Assembly: GCF_902713615.1 (NCBI RefSeq)
Contig: NC_052147.1
Coordinates: forward strand, 166,946,410-167,010,409
DNA: 64,000 nt
From: Scyliorhinus canicula
Taxonomy: Eukaryota
Direction of reading: 5' to 3'
The notes beneath the pieces were generated by a model that was not told where the DNA came from, did not search any database, and saw only the letters and a program-made list of their open reading frames with translations. Below, one piece after another: positions 1-10,839 of this stretch. How positions within the stretch are numbered: the first letter of the stretch is position 1; each line of letters opens with the position of its first letter. A program made the position numbers and the translations under genes.

Positions 1-35
1 CTATCGGATCTTTCAGGCGCATGAGAGATTTCTAG
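1..35 (+). CDS. CRYG: 3' end of exon 3 of an upstream gamma-crystallin paralogue (partial; gene begins before the window)
   Basis: Reads (T)[13 protein letters not shown], the same C-terminus as the complete paralogues; AATAAA at 85-90. Confidence 0.9.
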   Translation, partial: IGSFRRMRDF

Positions 36-292
36 ATTGTTTTTGACACATATGATTACTCTTTGTTGAAATATTCTTGAAAATAATAAAACTTCCTGTA
101 AATCACAGTCATGGTTTTCATTTATTTTTGGATTGTTGTGGAGATCAATGGAAATCTTACGGAAATCTCAGTGTTCTCATATTCTCCATTTTACATCTGT
201 AATCTCAGCTCATGAATAAACTTCATCTCCAATATGTAGATCTAGGAATGAACTTTGTCCATATCATTGATGATTTAATATATTGACTCTGT

Positions 293-540
293 AGCACAGT
301 GGTAGCACTAGGGACCCGGGTTCAATTCCCGGCTTGGGGCACTGTCTGTATGGAATCTGCAATTTCTCCCTGTGTCTGCGGGGTTTCCTCCGGGTGCTCC
401 AGTTTCCTCCCAAAAGTCCCAAAAGGCATGTTATTAGGTGAATTGGATATTCTGAGTTCTCCCTCAGTGTTCCCGAACAGGTGCTATAGAGTGGCGACTA
501 GGCGATTTTCACAGTAACTTCATTGCAGTGTTAATGTGTG
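293..540 (+). mobile_element. tRNA-derived V-type SINE, variant with GGCGACTAGG...CACAGTAACTTCATTGCAG tail
   Basis: B-box GGTTCAATTCC and V-SINE core GGTTTCCTCCGGGTGCTCC. Tail is shared with the copy at 54345-54557. Confidence 0.8.
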
Positions 541-699
541 TCTATTTGTGACATCCAGCTTTAATGTGTTGGAGAACCTTTGTTGATATTACCCAGGATC
601 TAATTTATAGTTACTTTTGTAGAAATACTTTTGTTAAAGACAAATCGTGTTTATCTATGTTGATTGAGCTTTTTTGACAAAATATCAGACTGGATAGAT

Positions 700-1990
700 G
701 AGTTTTATGTTATTTTATCTGGACTACATGTATTTCCAAAGGGCGATTGAAAAGCTGTCACATATTAGGCATGCGAGCAAGATTGAAGCTAATGAAAGCA
801 GAGGAAAAGTAGCAACATCCTCACAAAGTTGGCTCAGTGACAGGAAATATGGAGTAGGAGTGAACTACTACGGGCTACCTTATAGTGGGTGGCGCACATG
901 GGTATCATGACCTCTGCTTTTCTTGATACATAGTGAGGAACTCAACTTAGTTGTACAGGGTGTAATTTCAGAATCTGCTGCTGACAGAAAACTGGGAAGT
1001 ATTTTAAAATGTGAGGAAGATAAGATAGACGTTAAGAACATAAAGGCAGGCTGGTGGAATGTGTAGACACAGGACCGATGAAATTCAGTTCAGAGAACAA
1101 TGGAGTGATTCATTTTGTTGGGTAGAATAAGCAGAGTAAATATAAATAGTCCAGTTCTAAAAGGGTACTCATACTGATATGTACACATATGCACAAACCG
1201 TTGAATATGACAGCACAGATTAAGCAAGTGGTTAAAAAGGCACAGGGGACCCTGAGCTTTCTTAAATGAGCAATGGAGAATAAAGGTAAGGGGCAGGATT
1301 CTGCGGCCTGCCACACCCATTTTTAGGTGTGGAGCACACTCGCCGGCAGTGGGATTCTCCCTCCAACAACCGGCCAATGGGGTTTCCCATTGTGGGCACC
1401 CTTACGCCGTTGGGAAACCCGCGGGAGTGAGTGCGCTGCCAGCGAAATGGAGGTTCCCACCGACGTAGAATCCAGCCCCGGCTTTATAAAGCACTGATTG
1501 GGTCTGGACTGAATTTGGGCTTCCAATTCTTGGTAGGGCACTTTAGAAAGGATGTAAAAGTTTTAGCAATGGTGCAGAAAAGATACAGGAGAATGGTTCC
1601 AAGCATGAGGGACTTCAGTTAGATGAATAGATTAGAGAAGCTGGGATTGTTCTCCTGAGAGAAGAGAAGGTTCAGAGATGATTTGATAGATGTTTTTAAA
1701 GTCCTGAGGGATCCAGACAAATTATATTGACACTGTTCCCTTTGGTGGATGAGTTGAGAAACAGAGGACACTAATTTAACCTGATTGGCGAAAAGAAATA
1801 AACATGAGGAAAAGCATTTTTAAACAGAGAGTGGTTCACATGTGGTGTGCATGACCTGACAGTGTGCTGGTGGGTTTCAAAAGGGAACTGTATAAGATCC
1901 TGAAGAGAATGAATTTTCCGGGCTATACATAATGAGAGGGCGCGTGGCAACTAATCATCATGATAGCCAAAAGTCCTCCTTCATCGCTGA
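700..1990 (+). mobile_element. Highly degenerate CR1-like LINE ORF2 3' part, interrupted by a MITE at 1291-1478
   Basis: Remnants of YLD..FQ, HFRKDVKVL..VQKR..RM and LEKLGLFS with stops and frameshifts. Confidence 0.7.
1291..1478. mobile_element. Short Harbinger-type MITE
   Basis: Terminal inverted repeats GGGCAGGATTCT...AGAATCCAGCCC match the GGGCG(G/C)GATTCTCC TIR family seen elsewhere in the window. Confidence 0.7.
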
Positions 1991-3104
1991 AACCATTTTA
2001 GAGTTCTCTGAATTAAACTTGGAGTTTTCTGTATCAGTTCAGGTGACGAGGAAAACTGGAATAATAATGAGACTCTAAAGTAACATATAGCCACTTATTT
2101 AGTGCTGTATCGTTCTCTTTGCAGTAACCCAGGAGACATGAAGATGAAGGTTTAAATTGATTTATTCTAAACTCAAAAGTAAAGTAGCCCCCACGGCGCA
2201 CAACACACGTGCCCCAGCCTGGAACTGACAGAACACCCGGTCCGGATCTGGGACGGCATTGAAAGGTCTCGGTAATGAGTCCCCGCTGGATGGGCCTCCA
2301 CCTGCTCACAGGGATCTCATACACCACAAGCCCTTCTGCGGAGATCGATGAGTGATTTCCCCGTGGTCCTCATGAGGGTTATCGCACTCTCCCACAACTC
2401 CAGAAACGAGTGTAAGCTGAATGAACTTTTTAGCTGAATGCTCTTTCCTCAGGGCATTTAATGGAGAACAGCTAGAGATGAAACCCACTCCTGAGCAAGG
2501 AGTTAAAAGAACATGAAAAGTTTTGGATCACTGAGTTTTTCACAATTGCGAAGGACAACTTGCGTTTTCCCAATGATTTATTGGAAAAAGGAGGAGACTA
2601 TGTGGCAATGCGATTGGAGGGGATATCCTCCTCCAATAATGCTCTTGCAGGCTTGAGGGAACAGGTGGCACTTGTCTGACCCTCATTTACATGTGTTTTT
2701 ATGTTTTCAAGAACAATGTCATGGTATTGATATAACTAAATTGTACCATGGATTCTAACACAACAGAATCTGATCAATTGACCACGTAATGTGTGTACTG
2801 CTGCTGAACATGATGTAACATTAAAAAATTTAGCTATGGAATCTCACTTCCTGCATCCTTCATGAATTCCTTATCAACTGCACAAAGCCAATTATACCCC
2901 CGAGGGTTTATTTTTTCATTCTGCAATTTACTGTATGATTTGTTGTTCTTTAACTGTCGGCACTGTTCTAATCTGGTTTAGTAAAATCTGAGTTGAGGAG
3001 AAATATGAAACATCGGAGGTCCTGTGAATTATTTTTTCAGTGAGTTTATGTGCAGTCATCATGCCTGATAAACATTTAATTATCAAAGTGGGTTTTGCAC
3101 TGTA

Positions 3105-3431
3105 CGTACAAAGAAAAAAGAAAAGTACAGCGCAAGAACAGGCCCTTCGGCCCTCCAAACCTGTGCCGACCATGCTGCCCATCTAAACTAAAATTTTCTA
3201 CACTTCCTGGGTCTGTATCCCTCTATACCCATCCCATTCATGTATTTGTCAAGATGCCCCTTAAATGTCACTATCGTCCCTGCTTCCACCACCTCCTCCG
3301 GCAGCATGTTCCAGGCACCCACTACCCTCTGTGTAAAAATACTTGCCTCATACAACTCCTCTAAACCTTGCCCCTCGCACCTTAAATCTATGCCCCCTAG
3401 TAATTGACCCCTCTACCCTGGGGAAAAGCCT
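3105..3431 (-). mobile_element. 3' end of a CR1-like LINE
   Basis: Minus strand encodes ...[13 protein letters not shown]... followed by the GGCCGAAGGGCC 3' stem-loop and tail. Confidence 0.75.
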
Positions 3432-6400
3432 GTGTGGTAGTGTGCCTCTTTAAGGGGGACCGTTCCCGGAGGGCCATGTGACCCGGACGACCGATTGGGT
3501 TGGAGCATGCAAACCCTGGGGCCTGAGTGCGGATTTCTTACTTAGTTAGAAGCTTGGAGTCATGGAACATGGGAGCCTTTTATCTCACTCTCTGAATATA
3601 GTTACTACTTTAGTAAACCATTTTTCGTTAATCAACTTGGTGGTTACTGTCTGTCAGGATATTACATTTGGTGACGAGGATGAACCGGAGTGCCTTCCAA
3701 CTGCTACAGAAATAGGGAGAGCAGAACAAGTGTGAAAGCCTTTGCTTTGAAGCAAACTTGTTCAGCATCTGTGAGTGTCACAATGTCCCTTTTTGGCAAA
3801 CTAGACCCATTCGATCGTAACATGGAGCAATGGGTCTATATGTCGAAGACCTTCACTATTTTATTAAAGGCCAATTAAATCAGCAGGGAAGTAGTGGGTC
3901 ATCGTATTAGTGGCCCGCAGGGCACCCACATATAACCTAGAATCATAGAATTTACAGTGCAGAAGGAGGCCATTCGGCCCATCGAGTCTGCACAGGCTCT
4001 TGGAAAGAGCACCCTACCCAAGCCCACACCACCCTATCCCCATAACCCAGTAACCCCACCCAACACTAAGGGCAATTTTGGACACAAAGGGAGATTTAGC
4101 ACGGCCAATCTACCTAACCTGCACATCTTTGGACTGTGGGAGGAAACTGGAGCACCCGGAGGAAACCCACGCACACACAGGGAGAACGCACAGACAGTGA
4201 CCCAGCCGGGAATCGAACCTGGGACCCTGGAGCTGTGAAGCAATTGTGCTAACCGCTATGTTACTGTGCTGCCCTAAATTAGGAAGTTAGGATTTCTGAC
4301 TTTCTGATTAGGAAACTGACTTTGCCAGATGCCCCGACTCCAAAACTGGCTGTGGACAGTGCAGCGATGGAGTTGCAAAGCGTGGAAGCAGGCAACGTCC
4401 ACCAGCTTTGGTGGAGAGCTGCTGGCAGTCCTGCTGCTAAAGATGGAAAGCACGGAAAGTACCTCGGAGCAAAAGACAGTAGAGATATAGGGCATGAGAT
4501 ATAGGGCATTATTCAGCAGATTCAAGTTAAAGTCCTGTGAGCGGTGCATTTAGTGGGGTGTTTCAAAGCAGCTGCAGTTCCAAGAAACACTCTGCTATCC
4601 AACACCACTTTGCCAATTTTGCTGTTGAGGTTTTCTGCCCACTGAGGCTGCACTTCGAGAGATTTCTTGCTGGGAGGCTAATCTAACCAGCAGGAAAGAC
4701 TTCTCGCAGATTGGGATACCATTTTGTCTGTCAGCCATGATCTTTTCCCTTCACCCTCCCCCTCCGCTTTCAGTCCAAACCCACTCTATTGACTCCCCTA
4801 ACCTTGGGGATGTCCTTGGGAACCCTCCCTCACCCCCTCCACTTTCCACTTGGCAAGGTCTCTCCCGGGCATGACCCCTGGCAGTGACAACCTGGAACCT
4901 GGGAACCATGGCACTGTGAGCCTGGGACCTTGGTAGTGCCCTTGACACACTGGTAGTGCCACTTGGGCACTCTGGTGGCACTGGGCTGGGTGGCACTGTC
5001 AGGGTGTCAGGTTGGCAGTGTCAAGATGCCAGGGTACCAGACGGAGTGCCAGGGTGCCACCCTGTCCTGCTCTGACCACCCGGGCCTCTCCAATGGTCGG
5101 GGAGACTACCCCAGGTGCCGTTATGACATGGACCAGTGCTAAACGACACCCTGGCAAAGTCTCCTCGGCCGTGAGTCCTGGACACCATGTGAATCCAACG
5201 TGCAGGTATTTAAATGAGCCATTAGACTCATTTAAATATTCAGATTTTGATCTTGCCCAGCGATGGCGAGATCCAGATTGTGCTGAGTGGAGCGAGGCGA
5301 GTGACTCGCGCAAGGGTTTGCACCTGATGAGGAGCCTGATGTGGGGCGCAACAGGGTCACTGAATTGCACCCATTTGGTCCACAGACTAAGAACAAGAAG
5401 AATGCTATTGGTGTGGGGGAGATCATCCCCAGGAGAGTTAGAAATTCAGCAAAGCTACATATTATGCCTGCAATAGAAGGGGGCACATAATGAGGAAATG
5501 TAAGACGCGGCAGATCCCACAAGGGGCTATCAAAAAAAAGCTCCCACTCCAGTGCACAGTATTGATGCTAACCTTGAAAACGGATCTGAAATATACAGTT
5601 TAAGCCAGAGACTTTAATTAGTGAACTTGCTGTGAAGAAAGTGTGCTAAAGAAGCACTATCTGAACAAAGACTTATCCTTTGACCTGCATCCTCATTATT
5701 TTTATCCCTTTCCAACCCTCTGTGTTTGTCTGTCTTTTGTGTGTTGCTAGCGGGTAGGACAGTTAAAGTGGGCAGTAGGTATTAGCATGTTATTAATTCC
5801 ATTCCATTTACTGTATCTTTCATGGTAGCCGTTGTTATAAATAAACAGTTATTGTGTTTATAGATACAAACCTGGTGACTGTGATTATTGGGCAGCCAAG
5901 AACCAAAGAATTCAGGTATTTTCAGAGGAATTATTGGCTAATTCACTTGTGTTGTGACTGTGGAGCACGTGGGCGGGAATTGACCGCGCTCTAGTTCAAT
6001 ACGTAATAATATCAACATGGAGAATCTGGTCAAATAATGTGACCAATGTCAAATGCAGCAGAACTTGCCATCCACAGCCCTAATGCACCCTTGGGAGTGG
6101 CCAGGTCGACCTTGGGTGCAACTACACGTTGATTCCATGAGCCCATTTATGAGCTCCCTGTACTTGTGCATTGTAGATGCTCCTTCCAAATGGCTGGACA
6201 TACACAAAATGAAGTCAACAACCTCAGCAGCGATGGTAGAAAAAATGAGTTAGACATTCACTACCCATGGGTTTGCCCGAGGTGCTGGTCTCAGATAATG
6301 GGGTTACTTTTATTTGTGAAGAATTCCTAAGTTTTATGAGAATCAAGGACATTTTACATATTTGAATGGTTCCCCACACCGCCCTGCTTCAAATGGACTG

Positions 6401-6740
6401 GCTAAGAGAGCCGACCAAACATTCAAAGCTTCCATGAAGAAACAGTCATCAGCCCCTCTACAACTCACACTGACTATTTCCTGCTCACCTATCGAGGCTA
6501 AATAGAACACACACATGAAGCCTCCCGGCTCAAAGAAAACTGAGAGAACATTTGAGATGGACAATTGAAGCATTTTGGGACTGGTCAAAATTGGATTATA
6601 GGAATGGTCATGGCCAAAGCAGGTCCAATGTTGAAGAGAACCACACACAGAACCAGTGGGACAGGCTAGCCCCAGGAGGTTTGTCAGTGTGCCTGAAATC
6701 AAGGAGCATCAGTACCAGAGGGGCTGCCAACACTTAAACA
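3432..6740 (+). mobile_element. Fragmented Gypsy-like LTR retrotransposon (LTR remnant, PBS, gag start, integrase remnant), with later insertions
   Basis: LTR-like 3432-3666 followed by TGGTGACGAGG; gag start MSLFGKLDPFD at 3783; integrase motifs HPWEWPGRPWVQLHVD, VLVSDNG and PASNGLA at 6080-6420. Confidence 0.6.
3939..4274 (-). mobile_element. HE1-like tRNA-derived V-SINE, full length
   Basis: GGGCAGCAC head, GGTTCGATTCC B-box, V core, GGCCGAATGGCC tail stem-loop, TTCTATGAT tail. Confidence 0.9.
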
Positions 6741-8845
6741 CTAAAGAGCAGCCTTCACCACTGGGTATCCTCTCGTGACCAAAGGATAAGTGTATGGATG
6801 AGTGGAGGTACACTCAGTAATGTTCCCAGCTGAGGTCTGGGGTCTAGCGGCGCCATAGGTGGCTGGGGTGAGTGTGCAGAGCGAGGTTTGCCAGCAAAAT
6901 TGGCTTGCTGGATGACACTCTGAGAGTAGGTGGGACACGTAAGGGTGGGGAAGGCTTGGGGGATTTGAAGGTCCCAGGGTGGAAGCCCTAACCGATTGTC
7001 AGTCTCTCCTTCTCCAATTCTTTCCAGATATGACAATGTCTTCTGGTGCAGATCCCACGGAGGCCTCCCTCGCGTTGCTTGCAGCAAATGCCAGGGACAG
7101 CAACAAGGCCCCCATGTGCAGGGGGCTGCCGCACAGTCGGAAGGTCCGGTCACCCATCAGGTTAAAGAGGGACCCAGAAGTGAAGGCCAGCAATAGCTCA
7201 AGGTGTACAGGCATCGTTGGTCATTCAATGAGCTGACGGACACCATGTGCCACAGAATATTGTGTCTCAGCAAAGAGAGAGTTCAGCACCTGTGCTACGT
7301 CCTCGCGGACATGGCACTCTGTGGAGGGGGAGGAAACCCGCTCCCCGAGGCTGTGAAGGTCACTGCAGCCCTCCCTGAATGTTTAAGCCACCGGGTCGCT
7401 CCAAGGGTTCGGGCCACAACCTGTGTGGCATATCACAGTCTACAGCCCACAGGTGCATCCAGGAGGTGACGAGAGCTCTGTATGGCCGGGTATTCAACTA
7501 TATCAACTTCCACATGGACTAGACCCACCAAGATGACCAGGCTGCATGATTTGGTGCCATGACCGGAATGCTCCAGGTCCAGGAGAATGATCGATGGCAT
7601 GCATGCCGCCCAGGTATTCAGGTAGTGCTATATGGTGAGAGGAAATGGTACCGCTCCCTGAATGTTCAGATCATGTGTGACCACTAGCTCTTTGTGTGCC
7701 CACTACCTGGGGGAACGTGCATGACAGCTACATCCTGGGGCACTGGAAGATCCTCGGTGTCCTCGAGGACCACTCCAGGGTAACAAGCTGGCACAGCAGC
7801 AGAGCGACATGCTGGAGGAGGAGGTGAAAGAGAAGGATGAGGAGGAGGAGGGATGTGCCTCCTCTTCTGAGGAGGAGTTGAAGCGGTCCAGGAGGGGCTG
7901 GAGGACGAGCCAGATGAGGAGCCGGAGAATGGTGGCCAGGTGGTGGCAATGGTCCAACATGCGAGGAGGATCAGGGAGACTCTCATCTTCTCCAGCTGAA
8001 GTGAGCTCCAGAGGCCTTTGAATCATCTGCCAGTCCTGGCAGCTCCCCATTGTCTACACCATGGTGTTGCACCCTCAGCGATGCTCCTCAGTGACTGAGC
8101 CATGCTCTGCAGTGTCTCCGCAATGTCCACCTGTATCTGGGACATGTCCCTTAGTAACTGGGACATGATGTCGAGGCCATCAGCCACTGATCCATGCCTT
8201 GGACACCACCACTCAAGATGCAGACGTCGTGCACCAGGTGTTCAACTGCGGTCACCACCCGAGCAGTGTTGGCCTCAGTGTCATGCCTTGTCGGCACCAT
8301 CTCCTACGTCTGCTTTTGGGACTCCTCCAATATTCCTGGCAGTCGCTGGAGTGTCGCTGACACACCATCCTGAATGTCACGGCTGTGTCCTATCATCTGC
8401 ATCAACTCTGGGAGAATCCTGTCCAACTCGACATCTGGCTGGGACCCAGCTGAGCAGCAAGCCCAGTACTCTTGGGTTCTTTGCCTGTGAGCGAAAATGG
8501 CTACTCCTCTCCTCAACTTCCCGCAGCAGCCCTTCCACCAGGTTCACGTTTCTAAATAGGAGCACTAATCGGCGCCGGCGTGACCACTTGGTGGCGGGTC
8601 GGCTGGATCACAGGAGGCTGTTGGATATGGGGTGGCTCCCATTAATTATGTGGAAATAGAGCTTAAGTGGTGATTTTTGGCTTCTTGCCACGCTACGACA
8701 GGATCTCGATTTCGCCTACATGAGCAGGCCGGTTGAATCGCTAACGGTTTGGTGCCTGGCGCGATTCATGTTTTTCACCTCTCTTGTTATTCACTAGCCT
8801 CGTCGCATTATTGCACAAAGGCAATGAGGCCACTGAATTGCACTC
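6740..8845 (+). mobile_element. Decayed PIF/Harbinger element (HARBI1-like transposase remnant ~7190-8010)
   Basis: YRHRWSFNELTDTMCHRILCLSKERVQHLC...LPEAVKVTAAL, IDG.H and SLNVQIMCDH motifs with frameshifts; similar to the remnant at 54600-56490. Confidence 0.7.
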
Positions 8846-9250
8846 TTTCTAGCAAGTCATTTAATTAGTTTATCTATGAATTTCGTGCAATACAGGTACT
8901 GTCCCAGTCCTAGCTTAAACTATTGTCCAATTGTTTTCAAAACCCAAAACTTTAAGACTCAACAAAAAATTGCCTACCAATGCCTCTGAACTCAGTTCTC
9001 ACTGCCTCTTGCTATCTCTATCAGACCAATCCTTGTTCTCTAAGAGTAGACCTACTAATCTCCCGCACTGCATCGAATTTCCTCACTCAAATTTCCAGAG
9101 TTAAGAAAGTATTCTGTTGAGTTGAACTTCATGCTACTTATTTTATTTGATTCCTGGATTAATAAGTGATAATTTTGACAGAATGAAAAGTTGCAGCCAC
9201 TTAAAACTTGGAAACAAAAGAAAAATGCTCACCAGCCTATCGGAGGTGAA

Positions 9251-10041
9251 GGGCCCGATTCAACGGCCTTGTCATGCGTGATTTTGTTAAATCTCGCAGG
9301 TCGTTGCAATCTGGATCTCACCCATATCCAGATCTGCATATTTAAATGTGTTTATGGGCTTCTCATGGTGCCCAGGGCCTAACGGCCACTCCTGGGAGAG
9401 TGCATCAGGGTGCCATTTAGTACTGGTTTCCACAAAGGTGGACCAGTCATAATGGCACGGGGGGTGGGAGAGGGGGTGTTGGGGGGGGGGATGGGCGGGG
9501 GGTGCAATCTCCCAGGCCATTAGAAACCCCGGGGTGATTAGGGCAGGGCAGAGTGGCACCCTGGCACTTCCCTCTGGCACCTGGGCACCTTGGCACTGCC
9601 AGCCTGGTACACTGGTAGTGGCACTCTGAAAGAGGGAAAGGAAGATTGGGTCAATCTTCCAAAATGGCAGCTCGATTTGCATGGAACCTTTCCTGCTGGG
9701 CTCACCTGCAGGAAATTACTCAAGTGCGGCCTCAGTGGAGAGAAACTCCTCGAGGCAAAAAGAAAATGGCAAAGTGCCTTTGAATAACAGGGGGTTGGAG
9801 TCTCCGCTGTCGCGGATTCTCCATTGCCCCAGCAGCGCAACCCACACCCGGGGATTTCCCAATGGCATGGGGCTGCCCATGATGGGAAATCCCATTAGCC
9901 AGCTGGTAGGGCGGAGAATCCCGCTACTGGCGGGACAGAGAATCCCACCCAAGGTCTTTCTTGGCACTGCAAACACTGAGAAACACACTGCTAAACATGC
10001 CCAAAACTGGACATAGATTTTGTTTTTGTTAAATTACACCC
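9251..10041. mobile_element. Non-autonomous Harbinger-type element with a smaller MITE nested at ~9790-9950
   Basis: GGGCCCGATTCAAC...GTTAAATTACACCC termini; interior resembles 4600-5370 in reverse orientation. Confidence 0.55.
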
Positions 10042-10133
10042 AATAGAATTGATTGAAAAATGGTAGCCCCCTCCCCTCCGCATAGAATTTCCACTTGTAC
10101 CACATAGCCGACTATTCACTCAACAATTAAAAT

Positions 10134-10325
10134 CTTACAACACCAGGTTAAAGTCCAACAGGTTTGTTTCAAACACGAGCTTTCGGAGCACGGCTCCTTC
10201 TTCAGGTGAAGAAGGAGCCGTGCTCCGAAAGCTCGTGTTTGAAACAAACCTGTTGGACTTTAACCTGGTGTTGTAAGACTTCTTACTGTGCTCACCCCAG
10301 TCCAACGCCGGCATCTCCACATCAT
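10134..10325. mobile_element. Penelope-like pseudo-LTR insertion with inverted end, forming a 146-bp palindrome
   Basis: 12-bp TSD AACAATTAAAAT (10122-10133 and 10326-10337); perfect inverted arms 10133-10204 and 10207-10278; hammerhead core; a Penelope GIY-YIG remnant lies nearby at 18526-19410. Confidence 0.8.
10174..10208 (-). ncRNA. Minimal hammerhead ribozyme motif (Penelope type)
   Basis: Minus strand reads CAC-CUGAAGA-A-GGAGC-CGU-GCUCC-GAAA-GCUC-GUG: CUGANGA and GAAA core boxes, 5-bp stem II, palindromic AGCU in place of stem III, CUC cleavage triplet and CAC/GUG stem I. Confidence 0.7.
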
Positions 10326-10593
10326 AACAATTAAAATGACACAGGAGCTTTGGAGTACAATATGAAATTGAGTGACACTGACACCTACACATCAGCCTAT
10401 TATATGGAATGCTGGAATTGTTCTGGATATACGTATCTGCATTTTGGCCAGTTGTGGAGTCTGCTGCAATCTTTACATAGAAATGTTGGAAACATATCTG
10501 ACAGAATATGTATTGATACCTGTTTGGGAATTTCAGTGCAAGTACAGTATCCGGAACACAATGAATGAATACCAATTCACTTTTGCGTTATTC

Positions 10594-10839
10594 ACACAAC
10601 AATTAAAATGACATTGAGGCAAAAGACATTCACTGATACACAGGTGCTTTAAAATGGTTTTCTTTTCAATGAGTGTATGTGACGTGTGTTTTGCTGCCTT
10701 TGTGCTGAGTTCAAACTATTGCAATCATTAAAATAACAAAAGTACAGTCCAGGGAGGCAATTCTGTCCAACATATAAATACCAATCTGTGTGAAGTGGTG
10801 AAACATAGTCAGTTACTCAGCTAAACCACTGAGCTCAAA
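10594..10839 (+). promoter_or_regulatory. Proximal promoter and 5'UTR of crystallin copy A
   Basis: TATAAA at 10773-10778; CTTTGT (Sox-like) overlapping TGCTGA (Maf half-site) at ~10698-10708; AATAACAAA at ~10732. About 96% identical and ungapped against the copy B promoter. Confidence 0.75.

Noticed and set aside
10133-10278. CRISPR repeat, terminator or miRNA hairpin
   Set aside because: Eukaryotic context with no repeat-spacer array; the TSD and hammerhead core explain it as a Penelope inverted end.
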